DNA of 45,544 nt from Polyangiales bacterium (GTDB taxonomy: Bacteria > Myxococcota_A > Polyangia > Polyangiales > Houyiibacteriaceae): positions 1 through 45,544 of the forward strand of contig JBGCFM010000020.1 of NCBI GenBank assembly GCA_045106895.1, written 5' to 3'. The translations under genes were made by a program, and so were the position numbers. The notes under the pieces were generated by a model. The model was not told where the DNA came from. It worked only from the letters and a program-made list of their open reading frames with translations, and made no database searches. The number at the start of each line of letters is the position of its first letter. Position 1 is the stretch's first letter. Positions 25,687 through 35,195 of the stretch are shown in pieces.

Positions 25687-27600
25687 ATGAAAAGCGTGAG
25701 TGTGTGTCTCCTTCTTCTGTTCGCTTGCGCCAGCGACGACGCGCCGTCACCCATTCCGGCAAACTTCGGCGAGGCATGCACCGGTATTCCTGGTTGCGAG
25801 ACTCCGGCGATTCCCCTCGATGCGCCTCCGATGGACATCTGGCGCGTCCTTGTTGTTCGTGACGGCGCCGGCGCCATTCGCATCGAAGAAGTGCACGAGA
25901 TATCCGTGTCCTCCGCCATTGGGGTGCCCCAAGGGCCACTCCATGGGGTGCGCGGTCTTGCAAGTTTGAACGCTGCCGGGGAGCCCCTCGAAGTGCAGTT
26001 CGTGAACTTCGCCACCACGCGTTTCGTTGAGGACTTTGAGGGAGAGACTCGCGAGGAAGACTTGACGGGTCTGCCGGTCAGCATGGTTGGCTACCTCGCT
26101 GTGCGCGCCGACGTGCAAACTCTTGCCATCGTCGAGGGGGACGGATCTGTCGAGCACTCGGTTCCTGCTCCGGCGCCCGGCGAAGCGGTTCAAGACGTAG
26201 AGGTTCAAGACAGTCGGGCGTTGATTCAAGGTGTGCCGACGGGGCCGTGTGCGCACGTCATGATCCTTGATGGCGTCGAGGATGCGGCCTGGAACGCTTC
26301 CGCGGATTATGCCCATCAGGCGCCAACGGCGACACAGCTTGCACTCGTTCGGACAGCGCTTGGCCGCATGACGGCGGTGCATTGCATGGGAATGGGGCGC
26401 ATCGCTTTTATCGATCGTCCCAGGATGGGTAGCGCAGGGTCCGTCGGAAGCTGGGCGGGGGATTTCGTCGATATCAACGTCAACTATCTCAAAGACGGCG
26501 AAGGCTTTGAGTGGGTTGGCTTTGATGAGGTTCGCCTTCAGGACCGGCGCGCCCAGGCTCTCTTTCAAGGCGTCATTCTGCATGAGGCGGCTCACGCGAC
26601 GACATTTCTACTCAGCGCGCTATCGGACGTTGAGAATACCTTCCGAGGCGTTTGGGCACCGTCGGAGCGCACTCTGGCGGCGGACACCATCGACCGGGTT
26701 CGCTTGCGCGGCGACATCACTCGGCTCTGGGACATCATGCACACCTCGTTCATGAACCAAGGGTGGGGCGACTCTTACTACGGCACCGGCGCCAACTACC
26801 TGGCGGGCAGAGACATGGAGTCGCCAGCGGGCATTACGTCGGGCGGCTTTAGTAGTCCATACGGAAAGCTCAACGTTTATGAGGACATCGCCGAATGGGC
26901 GACATGGCCCATCGCCGGCGCTCTCTACGACGCGGCGGGGATCGCGCCGGGCCCCGGCGCACTGAAGCGTGGCTATGGGTGCGGCGAAATGAGCGCCTAC
27001 GGCAGCACGGATGTTCCCTCTGGACTGGCTGCAGCTTTTACCAAGATCACGTTCATGCACGATCTCGGCTTTGTGACGGACGAGAACTATGAGGCCTGCG
27101 TCGGACCTGCTCTTGGTTTGCCCAACAACGCCCAAGGGATTGCTATCTATCAAGACGGGGACCTACGACGAGTCTTTGGCACAGGTGCCAACGCACGAAT
27201 CGGAGAGCGCGATGGCCAATATGTGTTTGTCCTCGAAGCTGAAGGTGCTGCGGAGTTCGATGGCGTGGACTACCCTGCCACCCTCACCCTCGAGATCGGC
27301 CTTGGGGAGACCTCCACGGGTTTCATTTTTACGGACGATGTCCCCATCGATCAGATCTCCTGGCCCCGTGGAGCGTTCGCGCTCGGGGTTGGGCAGCCTC
27401 ACGCGTTTCGTCTCCGCCTCGACGGAGAGCCAGCTGGGAATTTCGATGTCACCGAGGGGTTTGTGCTCGCTGCGGCGTCAACAAACGACAGGTTGGTTGG
27501 ATCCGTCTTCGTCACAGAAGCGTTCCGCAACCAGGCTCCCGTGCCAGTGCCTCAGGTCTTCGATCCTCCTCTGCAGTTCCGCTACTTGCTCGAGAACTAA
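25687..27600 (+). CDS. Putative zinc-metallopeptidase (zincin) lipoprotein
   Basis: LLFAC lipobox, ILHEAAH (HExxH at 26581-26595) and a downstream SPYGKLNVYEDIAE resembling the third-ligand segment of zincins. Confidence 0.7.
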   Translation: MKSVSVCLLLLFACASDDAPSPIPANFGEACTGIPGCETPAIPLDAPPMDIWRVLVVRDGAGAIRIEEVHEISVSSAIGVPQGPLHGVRGLASLNAAGEPLEVQFVNFATTRFVEDFEGETREEDLTGLPVSMVGYLAVRADVQTLAIVEGDGSVEHSVPAPAPGEAVQDVEVQDSRALIQGVPTGPCAHVMILDGVEDAAWNASADYAHQAPTATQLALVRTALGRMTAVHCMGMGRIAFIDRPRMGSAGSVGSWAGDFVDINVNYLKDGEGFEWVGFDEVRLQDRRAQALFQGVILHEAAHATTFLLSALSDVENTFRGVWAPSERTLAADTIDRVRLRGDITRLWDIMHTSFMNQGWGDSYYGTGANYLAGRDMESPAGITSGGFSSPYGKLNVYEDIAEWATWPIAGALYDAAGIAPGPGALKRGYGCGEMSAYGSTDVPSGLAAAFTKITFMHDLGFVTDENYEACVGPALGLPNNAQGIAIYQDGDLRRVFGTGANARIGERDGQYVFVLEAEGAAEFDGVDYPATLTLEIGLGETSTGFIFTDDVPIDQISWPRGAFALGVGQPHAFRLRLDGEPAGNFDVTEGFVLAAASTNDRLVGSVFVTEAFRNQAPVPVPQVFDPPLQFRYLLEN

Positions 27601-27621
27601 ACCGCTTCGATGACTCGAGGT

Positions 27622-30600
27622 CTAGTGAAAGTCGCGGCTGCGGCTTTTGTGATGCACCTCGAAGTCGGGCTCGTAGAGGTTCCGCGCGATGAGATGGATG
27701 GTGCCGTGGCTTCCTGAGCTGTCCGCGGTTTCACTAATGTCCATGCTCCGCTGGACCTCACCGTAGACGCCGAGGAGCACGGCGGTTTTTGCCAGGGCGC
27801 GGTGGGCTTCGAAGGTCTGCGCCCACACGACAAGGTTCACAAACCCGGTCTCATCTTCGAGGGTAAAGAAGGTCACGCCGCTCGCCGTTTGTGGGCGCTG
27901 TCGGCAGATGACCTGCCCGACGTAGTGCGTGCGCGTGCCGTGTCTCATCTCCGCGAGCTGTTTGGCGCTGGGCACACGTTTTTGGTGCAGCGCGCGGCGA
28001 AACCGAAGCATGGGATGACCACGAGCGCTGTGGCCACTCGCGCGATAGTCCCAGAGAATGGCGTCGTCTCGATCGAGGGTGCCGAAAGTAAGCTGACTCT
28101 GGGCGGCCATCTTGGGCAAGGAGTCGTCGCGATTACGGACGAGCGAGCGCAGCTCCCACAGGGCGTCCCGTCGACGTTTTCCAAACGCGTCAAAGGCGCC
28201 GCCTTCAGCCAGTGCTATGAGGGGGCGCTCGCCGAGGCGGGTGCGTCGAACAAAGTCGCCGAGGTCAGCGAAGTTTCGCGAGATGCGCATCTCGCTCTCG
28301 TCTTGCCGCAGCGTCACCGTGCGCGCTTCTTCGATGGCGAGGCGCTCGCGCTGCCCGAGGTTGCGCACGAGTCGAAAGCCCATACGAATCGCCAGCTCGC
28401 TCTCATCCCCCGTGCCTATGCGGACTAAGCGGTGGTCCCACTCGCTCTCTTGAACGCACACGGGGAGCACCTGCACCTTTCGCCGCTTGGCGTCTTCGAC
28501 GAGCGTCGCCGGTGAGTAGAAGCCCATGGGCAAGCTGTTGAGGAGCGAGCAGGTGAAGACCGCTGGGTGATGACAGCGCATCCACGCGGTGACGTAGGCC
28601 AAGAGCGCAAAGGAAGCGGCGTGGCTCTCGGGGAACCCGTATTCGCCGAAGCCGCGAATTTGATCGAAGACGCGTGCCGCAAAGTCAGGGTCGATGCCGC
28701 CGGCGATCATCTGGGGGATCATTCGGTCGCGGTGCTCCTCGATTTTGCCCGCGCTTCGCCAGGCGGCCATATCGCGACGGAGCTGGTCGGCTTCGCCCGG
28801 TGAGTAGTTCGCGGCGGCGACGGCGAGCTTCATGACCTGCTCTTGGAAAATGGGCACGCCGAGAGTTTTACTGAGGATCGGAACAAGGTTTTCGTGGGGG
28901 TACTCCACGGGCTCTTCGCCATGCCGACGCCGGAGATAGGGGTGGACCATGTCTCCCTGAATGGGGCCGGGCCGAACGATGGCGACTTGGATTACCAGGT
29001 CGTAGAAAGTGCGCGGCCGAAGGCGCGGCAGCATAGCCATCTGGGCGCGACTCTCGATTTGAAAGACGCCAACGGTGTCGCCCGCGCTGCAGAGCTCATA
29101 GGTGGCTTTGTCTTCGCTCGGCACCGTATGAATTTGAAGGTCGATGTCCTCGTGCTCGCGCAAAAGAGCGAAGCCTTTGCGAATGCAGGTCAGGGCGCCG
29201 AGTCCAAGGAGGTCCACCTTGAAGAGGCCAAGGTTCTCCACATCGTATTTGTCCCATTGAATGACGGTGCGACCTTCCATCGTGGCGGGTTCGATGGGCA
29301 CGAGGTGGTCGACGGGTTTGTGACCGAGGAGAAAACCGCCGGGATGAATGGACTGATGGCGCGGCGCGTCTCGCATATCGTTGGCCACACGAAGGAGATG
29401 CAGCATGGCTGGGGACTTGGCGTTGAGGCCGGCGTTTTGAATTGATTCTGCGAGGATCTCGCCGTCCCAGTAAGTCAGAAGGCGCGCGATGGCGTCGATG
29501 TCCGTACGCGCCACGCCGAGGGCCTTGCCCACTTCACGGATGGCGGAGCGGGCGCGATAACGCACCACGTTGGACACCATCGCGGCGTGCCGGCGGCCGT
29601 ACTTTGTGTAGACATGTTGGATGACCTCTTCGCGGCGCTCGTGCTCGATGTCGAGATCGATATCCGGCGGCTCGGCGCGTTCGCGGCTGAGGAATCGTTC
29701 GAAGAGCAGGTCCATACGAACGGGGTCCACGGCGGTGATGCCGAGGCAAAAACACACGGCGCTGTTGGCGGCGCTACCTCGGCCTTGGCAGAGGATCTGC
29801 TCGCGCCGGCAGAAGCCGACGATCTCATGCATCGTGAGGAAATAGCCGCCGTACTCGAGGTCCTCGATGATGCTCAGCTCCTTCTCAAGCTGAGCGCGGA
29901 CGTCGTCGGGAATTGGATCGGGCGTGTAGCGACCTGCGGCGCCTTCGTAGGTGAGCTGGCGCAACCAAGAGAACTCCGTCTCGCCTCCTGGAAGAGATTC
30001 CGCGGGGTAGCGGTAGCGGAGGTCGTCGAGGGAGAAGGTGCACTGGCTCGCCAGCTGCTCCGAGGCGTCGACAAGGTCTAGGCGGTCGCGAAAGAGGACA
30101 CGCATCGATTCGTCGCTACGCACGTAGTGCTCGGCGTTCCCGCAGAGGCGACGGCCAGCGTTTGAGAGGCTGACGCCGTGGCGAATGCAGGTGACGACGT
30201 CCTGCAAAGGGCGCCGAGACTCTTCGTGGTAGAGCACCTCGGCGGCGGCGACGGCTTCGATGCCAAGGGCCCCAGCGAAATCGAGGAGGTGCTTTTCGCG
30301 TCGCCGTTCGGGCGCGTGAAGGTGGCGAGAGATCATAGCTCGGAGGTTTGTGCCGAAGGCCTCATGAAGCGCGGCGAGGACACGGGCTTTGTTGCTCAGA
30401 GCGAAGAGGTCTCCAGCGTAGTCCGCGAGCTCCCGGGGGTAGAGCCAGGCTTGCCCTTTTTCGCCGCGGGTGTGCGCGAGGCTGAGGGCTTGGCACATGC
30501 GGGAGTAGCCCGCTTCGTTGTGTGGAAGAAGAACGACGCGGGCGTACGCGTCTTCGTCGATGGGAGGTTTGATGGTCGGAAGGTCGTGTTCGTCGGTCTG

Positions 30601-30891
30601 CTGATTGTCGTTCGAACGGACGGTATTCGCGGGCTCTCCTTGAGGGATGACATCGAGGGGCTCGGGCAAGAGTGGCCCGTCGAAGCGCACTTCGATTTCG
30701 CTTCCCACGATGAGGCGTATGTTTCTCTTCTTCGCCTGTACATGGGCACGGACAATCCCGTAGACGCCGTTTCGGTCCGTGAGCGCGATGGCTTTAAGGC
30801 CAAGGTCCGCCGCGCGATCGACCAGTTCATCGGGGCTTGAAGCGCCTTCGAGGAAGCTATGGTGACTCTTGACCCAGAGCGGTACGTACAT
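27622..30891 (-). CDS. dnaE2: Error-prone DNA polymerase DnaE2 (ImuC)
   Basis: PHP domain (SFLEGAS, TDRN), QGRGSAANS, FERFLS...PPDIDLD, HPGGF, KVDLLGLG, FPESHA and the DnaE2-specific C-terminal SRDFH. Confidence 0.97.
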   Translation of the reverse strand: MYVPLWVKSHHSFLEGASSPDELVDRAADLGLKAIALTDRNGVYGIVRAHVQAKKRNIRLIVGSEIEVRFDGPLLPEPLDVIPQGEPANTVRSNDNQQTDEHDLPTIKPPIDEDAYARVVLLPHNEAGYSRMCQALSLAHTRGEKGQAWLYPRELADYAGDLFALSNKARVLAALHEAFGTNLRAMISRHLHAPERRREKHLLDFAGALGIEAVAAAEVLYHEESRRPLQDVVTCIRHGVSLSNAGRRLCGNAEHYVRSDESMRVLFRDRLDLVDASEQLASQCTFSLDDLRYRYPAESLPGGETEFSWLRQLTYEGAAGRYTPDPIPDDVRAQLEKELSIIEDLEYGGYFLTMHEIVGFCRREQILCQGRGSAANSAVCFCLGITAVDPVRMDLLFERFLSRERAEPPDIDLDIEHERREEVIQHVYTKYGRRHAAMVSNVVRYRARSAIREVGKALGVARTDIDAIARLLTYWDGEILAESIQNAGLNAKSPAMLHLLRVANDMRDAPRHQSIHPGGFLLGHKPVDHLVPIEPATMEGRTVIQWDKYDVENLGLFKVDLLGLGALTCIRKGFALLREHEDIDLQIHTVPSEDKATYELCSAGDTVGVFQIESRAQMAMLPRLRPRTFYDLVIQVAIVRPGPIQGDMVHPYLRRRHGEEPVEYPHENLVPILSKTLGVPIFQEQVMKLAVAAANYSPGEADQLRRDMAAWRSAGKIEEHRDRMIPQMIAGGIDPDFAARVFDQIRGFGEYGFPESHAASFALLAYVTAWMRCHHPAVFTCSLLNSLPMGFYSPATLVEDAKRRKVQVLPVCVQESEWDHRLVRIGTGDESELAIRMGFRLVRNLGQRERLAIEEARTVTLRQDESEMRISRNFADLGDFVRRTRLGERPLIALAEGGAFDAFGKRRRDALWELRSLVRNRDDSLPKMAAQSQLTFGTLDRDDAILWDYRASGHSARGHPMLRFRRALHQKRVPSAKQLAEMRHGTRTHYVGQVICRQRPQTASGVTFFTLEDETGFVNLVVWAQTFEAHRALAKTAVLLGVYGEVQRSMDISETADSSGSHGTIHLIARNLYEPDFEVHHKSRSRDFH

Positions 30892-30926
30892 GAGGACAAC
30901 GCGCAGGGGCGCCCTTTCGGAAAGCG

Positions 30927-32573
30927 CTATTCGACGCGTCCATGGAGATGCCAGCGGTGGCGTTTTCGATCGAAGAAGACCCAGAGCATCTCGCCGCTTT
31001 CGGTCTCGGCGTAGTAGTAGTCGCGGTCGATGCTAGGCGCGCCGCTGGTCTCTTTGCCCCACCAGCCACCGTTGCTGCGGTGAGGACCGTGAAGCCGCAC
31101 GATGGGCTCCGGCCACGCAAACCCGCCGCCTTTGCCACTTGAGCTCAGTGGTTCTGGCTGGGGTAGTAGTCGTCGCTGAGCGTGAAGAGGTTGTTTGTGC
31201 AGCGGGGGTTCAAGAGACTGCGTTCTCGCCTCCTCTGCGCTTGAGCGAAAAGCGTCATGGGCTTTGGAGAAAGGAGCCCAGACATATTGCGCTTCCGGAA
31301 GGTGCGCGTCGCGAAGCACGGCGCGGCATACAGAGCGCTCCCCAAAAGAAGCGGCGACACGCGCCAGCGCCTCGGCGGCGGCTTTTGGGTCACGTTTGGG
31401 GCGTTCGTTTGGGGAGAGGAGCTGTTCGCCTTGGGCAAAGACTACCTCGGCTTCCAGGGCGATGGACTCGACGGGGGCGAGGATCTCAAGTCCAGAGAGG
31501 CGAAGCCGAATGAGTTCAAGAAGAGAGCGCGCGTTGATGGTGGGCGTCGCTGGCTCCAGACGGACGCTGACAAAGCGTTCTTCTTCGGTGAGGCGTCGTC
31601 GTCCATAGAGCTCAAGGCCGAGCTCAATATGCAGCGCCGCCATACGCTCGCCTTTGCCTTCGACTTCGCTGAGCAGTGGGTCAAGGGCGCTCTTGAGCGT
31701 AAAGAGCAGCCGCTGGCGGTCTTGGCTAGGTGGCATCACCTCAATCGCGATGCGTCGCGGCGCTTCGAATCCGATGGGCTGAAGAGGGAGCTGTTGTTTA
31801 TTGGCAAAGCGCGCGTGGATCTCCGAGGCGTCCTTGCCAAAACGAGTGCGAAGCTCGCCGGGAGGCACCGCTAAGAACTCCCCGAGAGTCTCGATACCCA
31901 ACATCGAGAGTGGGTCGCAGAGCTTCTCCGAGAGTCCTAGCGTTCGCAGGTTGGTGACGCCTGCAAGGGCGCTCTCCGCCTCGGGGCTTTCAACGAGAAA
32001 AGGGCTGCGGAGTTTGGGCTGGTGGGCGATGGCCAAGCACGAGAAGCGCTCAAAGCCCACGACGAGGGACGAGCGAAGTCCACGTCCTTTGAGGTAGCGC
32101 TCGACGGTGCGCGCCCAGATGTGTGTGCCTCCGTAGAGAAGGTCGAGGCCGGAAGGGTCGATGAAGAACGCGGCGGTTGAAGTCGTGCTTAGAGACGAAG
32201 AATTACGGCTTTCATTCTCACGTTCGACGCGGGGAGAAAACGTTTGCAGCGAACGCGCAATATCGACGCAGAGTGCTTCGACCTCGTCGTCACGGATGAC
32301 GGCGGTGCGCAGGTCGAGGACCATATTGCGAGCCGCTCCTTGGCGAATGCCTGGACGAAGTCCACGTGCATAGGCTTTGCGCGAGAGCATGAGAATGGGG
32401 GCTTCAGGCGTCTCGTCGGCAACGATGGCGACGGGATCGTTTCGCCACTCGGGCCTTTTCCGCCATAGAAGCTGCAGCGGAAGGTTGGGAAGGACGATGG
32501 CGCAGGCGCGCCTAGGCACGCTTTTCGTGGAGGCTTTCGTGTTCGAAGACGTCGCTTTTTGCGCAGCCCCCAT
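30927..32573 (-). CDS. imuB: ImuB, catalytically inactive Y-family polymerase homolog
   Basis: Y-family N-terminus without the catalytic DE (FSPRVE), LGIETLGEF, QLPL clamp-motif-like segment, and C-terminal GGWW, RDYY and WHLHG. It lies between imuA and dnaE2. Confidence 0.9.
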   Translation of the reverse strand: MGAAQKATSSNTKASTKSVPRRACAIVLPNLPLQLLWRKRPEWRNDPVAIVADETPEAPILMLSRKAYARGLRPGIRQGAARNMVLDLRTAVIRDDEVEALCVDIARSLQTFSPRVERENESRNSSSLSTTSTAAFFIDPSGLDLLYGGTHIWARTVERYLKGRGLRSSLVVGFERFSCLAIAHQPKLRSPFLVESPEAESALAGVTNLRTLGLSEKLCDPLSMLGIETLGEFLAVPPGELRTRFGKDASEIHARFANKQQLPLQPIGFEAPRRIAIEVMPPSQDRQRLLFTLKSALDPLLSEVEGKGERMAALHIELGLELYGRRRLTEEERFVSVRLEPATPTINARSLLELIRLRLSGLEILAPVESIALEAEVVFAQGEQLLSPNERPKRDPKAAAEALARVAASFGERSVCRAVLRDAHLPEAQYVWAPFSKAHDAFRSSAEEARTQSLEPPLHKQPLHAQRRLLPQPEPLSSSGKGGGFAWPEPIVRLHGPHRSNGGWWGKETSGAPSIDRDYYYAETESGEMLWVFFDRKRHRWHLHGRVE

Positions 32574-33484
32574 TAGCTCGTCAGCCGAGCATTTGAAGGT
32601 GAGCCGCCCACGGCGGTGAGGGGACTTTGCAACGTCTCCTCGAAGAGAGAGGCTTCAAAGAGATCGCCTTGAGCAGGGTTGTTTGAACTTTTGCTCGCGT
32701 GATGCGCGTGTTGACGAGCTTGTTGAGCTTGTTGATTAGCAAGAGGGATGATGTCTGCGCCCAGAGAAACTGCGCCCTCCAGAGAAACCGCGCCTTTCAA
32801 AGAAGAGGTACGTGGAGCGCTCTCGACACCTTCGGGCATCTGCAGCCCAAAACGAATCTCCGTATTTGAAGTCGCTTGGCCAGCTTTGTTCTTTTGCACA
32901 CGGAAGAAGAGTCGCTCTCCTTGTCCGTCGCGCACTTCGCGGCCGACATGAATCTTTAGGCCGATCAAAGGCCCCAAGCTCACCTTGGAGTGGTGGCTGC
33001 GCCGGAACACAACGCGCGTGTTGTAGCGACGCGCCATGGCGTGGAGACGGGAGAGCGCCCGCGCAGGTAGGTCATGGGCAAGCGGCGCTTCGATGACCAC
33101 CAGCGCGAAGGCCCCGCTTCGCAGGACAAGCTCAGCGGCACGAAGGCGCGCGGTTTGCTTGGCATCGCTTTTGATCCGCAAGAAGGCGAGCGAATGAAGT
33201 TGGATACCACCCGCCGCCAAGTCCGGCGGATGCACGCTTGAGGTGGCGCCTGTGATCCAAGCGACGGGCTCTCCTTGGTTTTGTGCTTCGGCGACGAGGC
33301 GAACGATGGCGGATGTGGCGCCATGCCCTTCCACTTCGCTTAGGCGGCCTTCAGGGATGAGTGAAGATAGCGTTTGGGGTGCGCCAGCCTTCTGAGTGGA
33401 GCGTTTGAGAACCTTCTTAAGAACAAGTTCACGGCCGTTTTCAGTGGCTGCTGCGTTCTGCTCTGTGGTGAGGGGGATCATCAT
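32573..33484 (-). CDS. imuA: ImuA, RecA-like mutasome component
   Basis: GRLSEVEG (degenerate Walker A), VAWI, HPPDLAAGGI, AAELVLRSGAFALVVIE and QKNK. It is the first gene of the cassette. ATG 33484 (AAGG upstream) is preferred because the TTG at 33526 lies inside the LexA-like boxes. Confidence 0.85.
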   Translation of the reverse strand: MMIPLTTEQNAAATENGRELVLKKVLKRSTQKAGAPQTLSSLIPEGRLSEVEGHGATSAIVRLVAEAQNQGEPVAWITGATSSVHPPDLAAGGIQLHSLAFLRIKSDAKQTARLRAAELVLRSGAFALVVIEAPLAHDLPARALSRLHAMARRYNTRVVFRRSHHSKVSLGPLIGLKIHVGREVRDGQGERLFFRVQKNKAGQATSNTEIRFGLQMPEGVESAPRTSSLKGAVSLEGAVSLGADIIPLANQQAQQARQHAHHASKSSNNPAQGDLFEASLFEETLQSPLTAVGGSPSNARLTS

Positions 33485-33519
33485 TGGCACCTTCTTCTTT
33501 GTGTCGATCTTCCGGGATG

Positions 33520-33550
33520 CTGTCAACCTGTTCAGTGAACGCCCGTGTAG
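33520..33550. promoter_or_regulatory. Two overlapping, oppositely oriented Myxococcus-type LexA (SOS) boxes
   Basis: ctgtcaacctgttcag (33520-33535, + strand) matches 15/16 and ctacacgggcgttcac (33550-33535, - strand) matches 14/16 positions of the M. xanthus consensus CTRHAMRYBYGTTCAG. They lie directly upstream of imuA, and a minus-strand TTGACA falls in the first box. Confidence 0.75.
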
Positions 33551-33670
33551 TCTTTGGTAGCGAGGGGGTGTGACATGTTTCTAAAGAAAGCTGTTTCCTC
33601 TGTAGATCTGAGGGATCTTTGGTGGATGCGGGAAAGCGACGCATTCGTGGCGCTTCGGCTAAGGTCGGAC

Positions 33671-34417
33671 GTGGTGCGGGCTTGTCTTCTATCGATGGCG
33701 TTCGTTTTCGCGGCCTCATCAGCGAGCGCCCAGCGACTGCAGTGGTCCGACGATTGGCGTGAGCCCGGCGTCCACGACGCCATCTCCACGGGGGCGCTCT
33801 TCGTTGGCTCGCTGGCTATTTCTCTCGGCGGCGGAGCCTTGGCGAGCCCATGGAGCGAAGCGGGGCCCGTCGATGAAGTGCTGGCTGAAGGTCTCAGCCT
33901 GCGAAGCGCGCGCGCACGCCGGCGTGCTTCCACCGCGAGCTACATCTTCGGCAGCCTCGCGCTCTCGATGCCGTTCAGTGACGTGGCTGTGGCGTTCGCG
34001 GACCACACCGGTGTCGCTGGGAACTTGGCGCAGATCACGACGCTCTCTTTGGCGAGCGTCACCCTCGTGACGAGCTTTCTAAAATACGTCGTGTTGAGAA
34101 CAAGACCAAACGCCGACGAATGCCGAACGGCAGACTGTGCGGCTTCACGCTATCGGAGCTTTCCAAGTGGTCACTCGTCCCTCGCCTTCACGGCAGCGAG
34201 CCTTAGCTGCACCTACCATCTGCGCGTTGGCATCTATGGCTCACGGGCTGCGGATATCGCCGCCTGCGGCACGTCCCTCGCCTTCGCGTTGACTACAGCG
34301 ATTCTGCGAATGGCGGCGCGTAAACACTACCTGACTGACGTCCTCGTCGGCGGCGCCCTCGGCGTCCTCGCCGGCTGGGTCCTGCCCTCGTTGCTTTACC
34401 TAGGCTTTGGTGACTGA
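33671..34417 (+). CDS. PAP2-family phosphatase
   Basis: PAP2 motifs KYVVLRTRP, SFPSGHS and LRMAARKHYLTDV. The start (GTG 33671) is uncertain. Confidence 0.9.
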   Translation: MVRACLLSMAFVFAASSASAQRLQWSDDWREPGVHDAISTGALFVGSLAISLGGGALASPWSEAGPVDEVLAEGLSLRSARARRRASTASYIFGSLALSMPFSDVAVAFADHTGVAGNLAQITTLSLASVTLVTSFLKYVVLRTRPNADECRTADCAASRYRSFPSGHSSLAFTAASLSCTYHLRVGIYGSRAADIAACGTSLAFALTTAILRMAARKHYLTDVLVGGALGVLAGWVLPSLLYLGFGD

Positions 34418-34423
34418 GCGAGT

Positions 34424-34981
34424 CTACACCGTCCAGTGGATCGAAAACTCGACGTTCGTGCCTTCCACGATCTTCGAGTACACATCGTGTCCGCCCGTTC
34501 CGAGGACGAAGCCCTCAAACGCCGAAGCGATCGCCCGATGATAGCTGGGCGCATGAATCGGAGCTGGAGCGTCGCTTAGAATGATCGTCGCGCTGCCCGC
34601 GCCAGACTCCGTGCATTCCACTCGACGGCAGTTTCGGTAGATTAGATCCCAGCCGTAGGAGCAGCGCTTGAGCCCATGTTGGGCGCCCATTCCAAGGTAC
34701 GAGACGGCGTCGACCACCGGCTTGAGCAGCGGTCCTTTCATCAAACGCAGCAGCGACGCATGAATCCACTCTTGGGCGGCTTTTACTCCGCACCGCTTCT
34801 CGACCTCTTCGATGAGAGCAGTGTTGAGCTCGAGAGGAAGCCAGCTGATACGAAGCGCAGCTTCCACGGGCTCGATGAGCGAACGACACTCACGGCGAAT
34901 CGTTTCGGCCTCCGAAAGCACCTCCAAGCACGTCACATTGGACTGCATGTGGCTCGCTCGCATCTGCGCTTTGTTCGACAT
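34424..34981 (-). CDS. Small myxobacterial V4R/H-NOX/DUF2378-like protein, paralog 1
   Basis: 185 aa with ISWLPLE, GWDLIY and a terminal EFSIHW strand. Clearly paralogous to 39958-40515 and 40587-41147. The fold assignment is tentative. Confidence 0.75.
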   Translation of the reverse strand: MSNKAQMRASHMQSNVTCLEVLSEAETIRRECRSLIEPVEAALRISWLPLELNTALIEEVEKRCGVKAAQEWIHASLLRLMKGPLLKPVVDAVSYLGMGAQHGLKRCSYGWDLIYRNCRRVECTESGAGSATIILSDAPAPIHAPSYHRAIASAFEGFVLGTGGHDVYSKIVEGTNVEFSIHWTV

Positions 34982-35195
34982 GACTCTCGGGACGCGCGCT
35001 CTCTGAGCACCGTTGAATACCTGAATCCTAGGTCAGCCATTATACAACACGCAAGAGTCCAGGCCCGGGGACATCTGCGTGCACTCACGCGTTCCAGAGA
35101 GGTGTGTGCACACGCACCACATCTGGGGCTGCTCGCATGACGAGTCCTGCGGAGAGTTCATGTCATGGCTCGGAAGATGCTACCGTCTCTTAGCG

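Noticed and set aside
27622..30891. Intein in DnaE2 (or in RtcB)
   Set aside because: The proteins are normal length, with no C...HN/C splice junction or LAGLIDADG motif.
33485..33670. Extended N-termini given by the ORF track (imuA from 33526, PAP2 from 33554; likewise 1600, 7404, 9678, 12410, 15783, 35079)
   Set aside because: These upstream starts overlap regulatory sites or neighbouring genes and precede clear signal peptides or RBS-linked ATGs, so downstream starts were used.
35039..35044. Perfect TATAAT on the minus strand upstream of paralog 1
   Set aside because: There is no matching -35 or extended -10, and no clearly conserved equivalent before paralogs 2 and 3, so it is insufficient to call a promoter.
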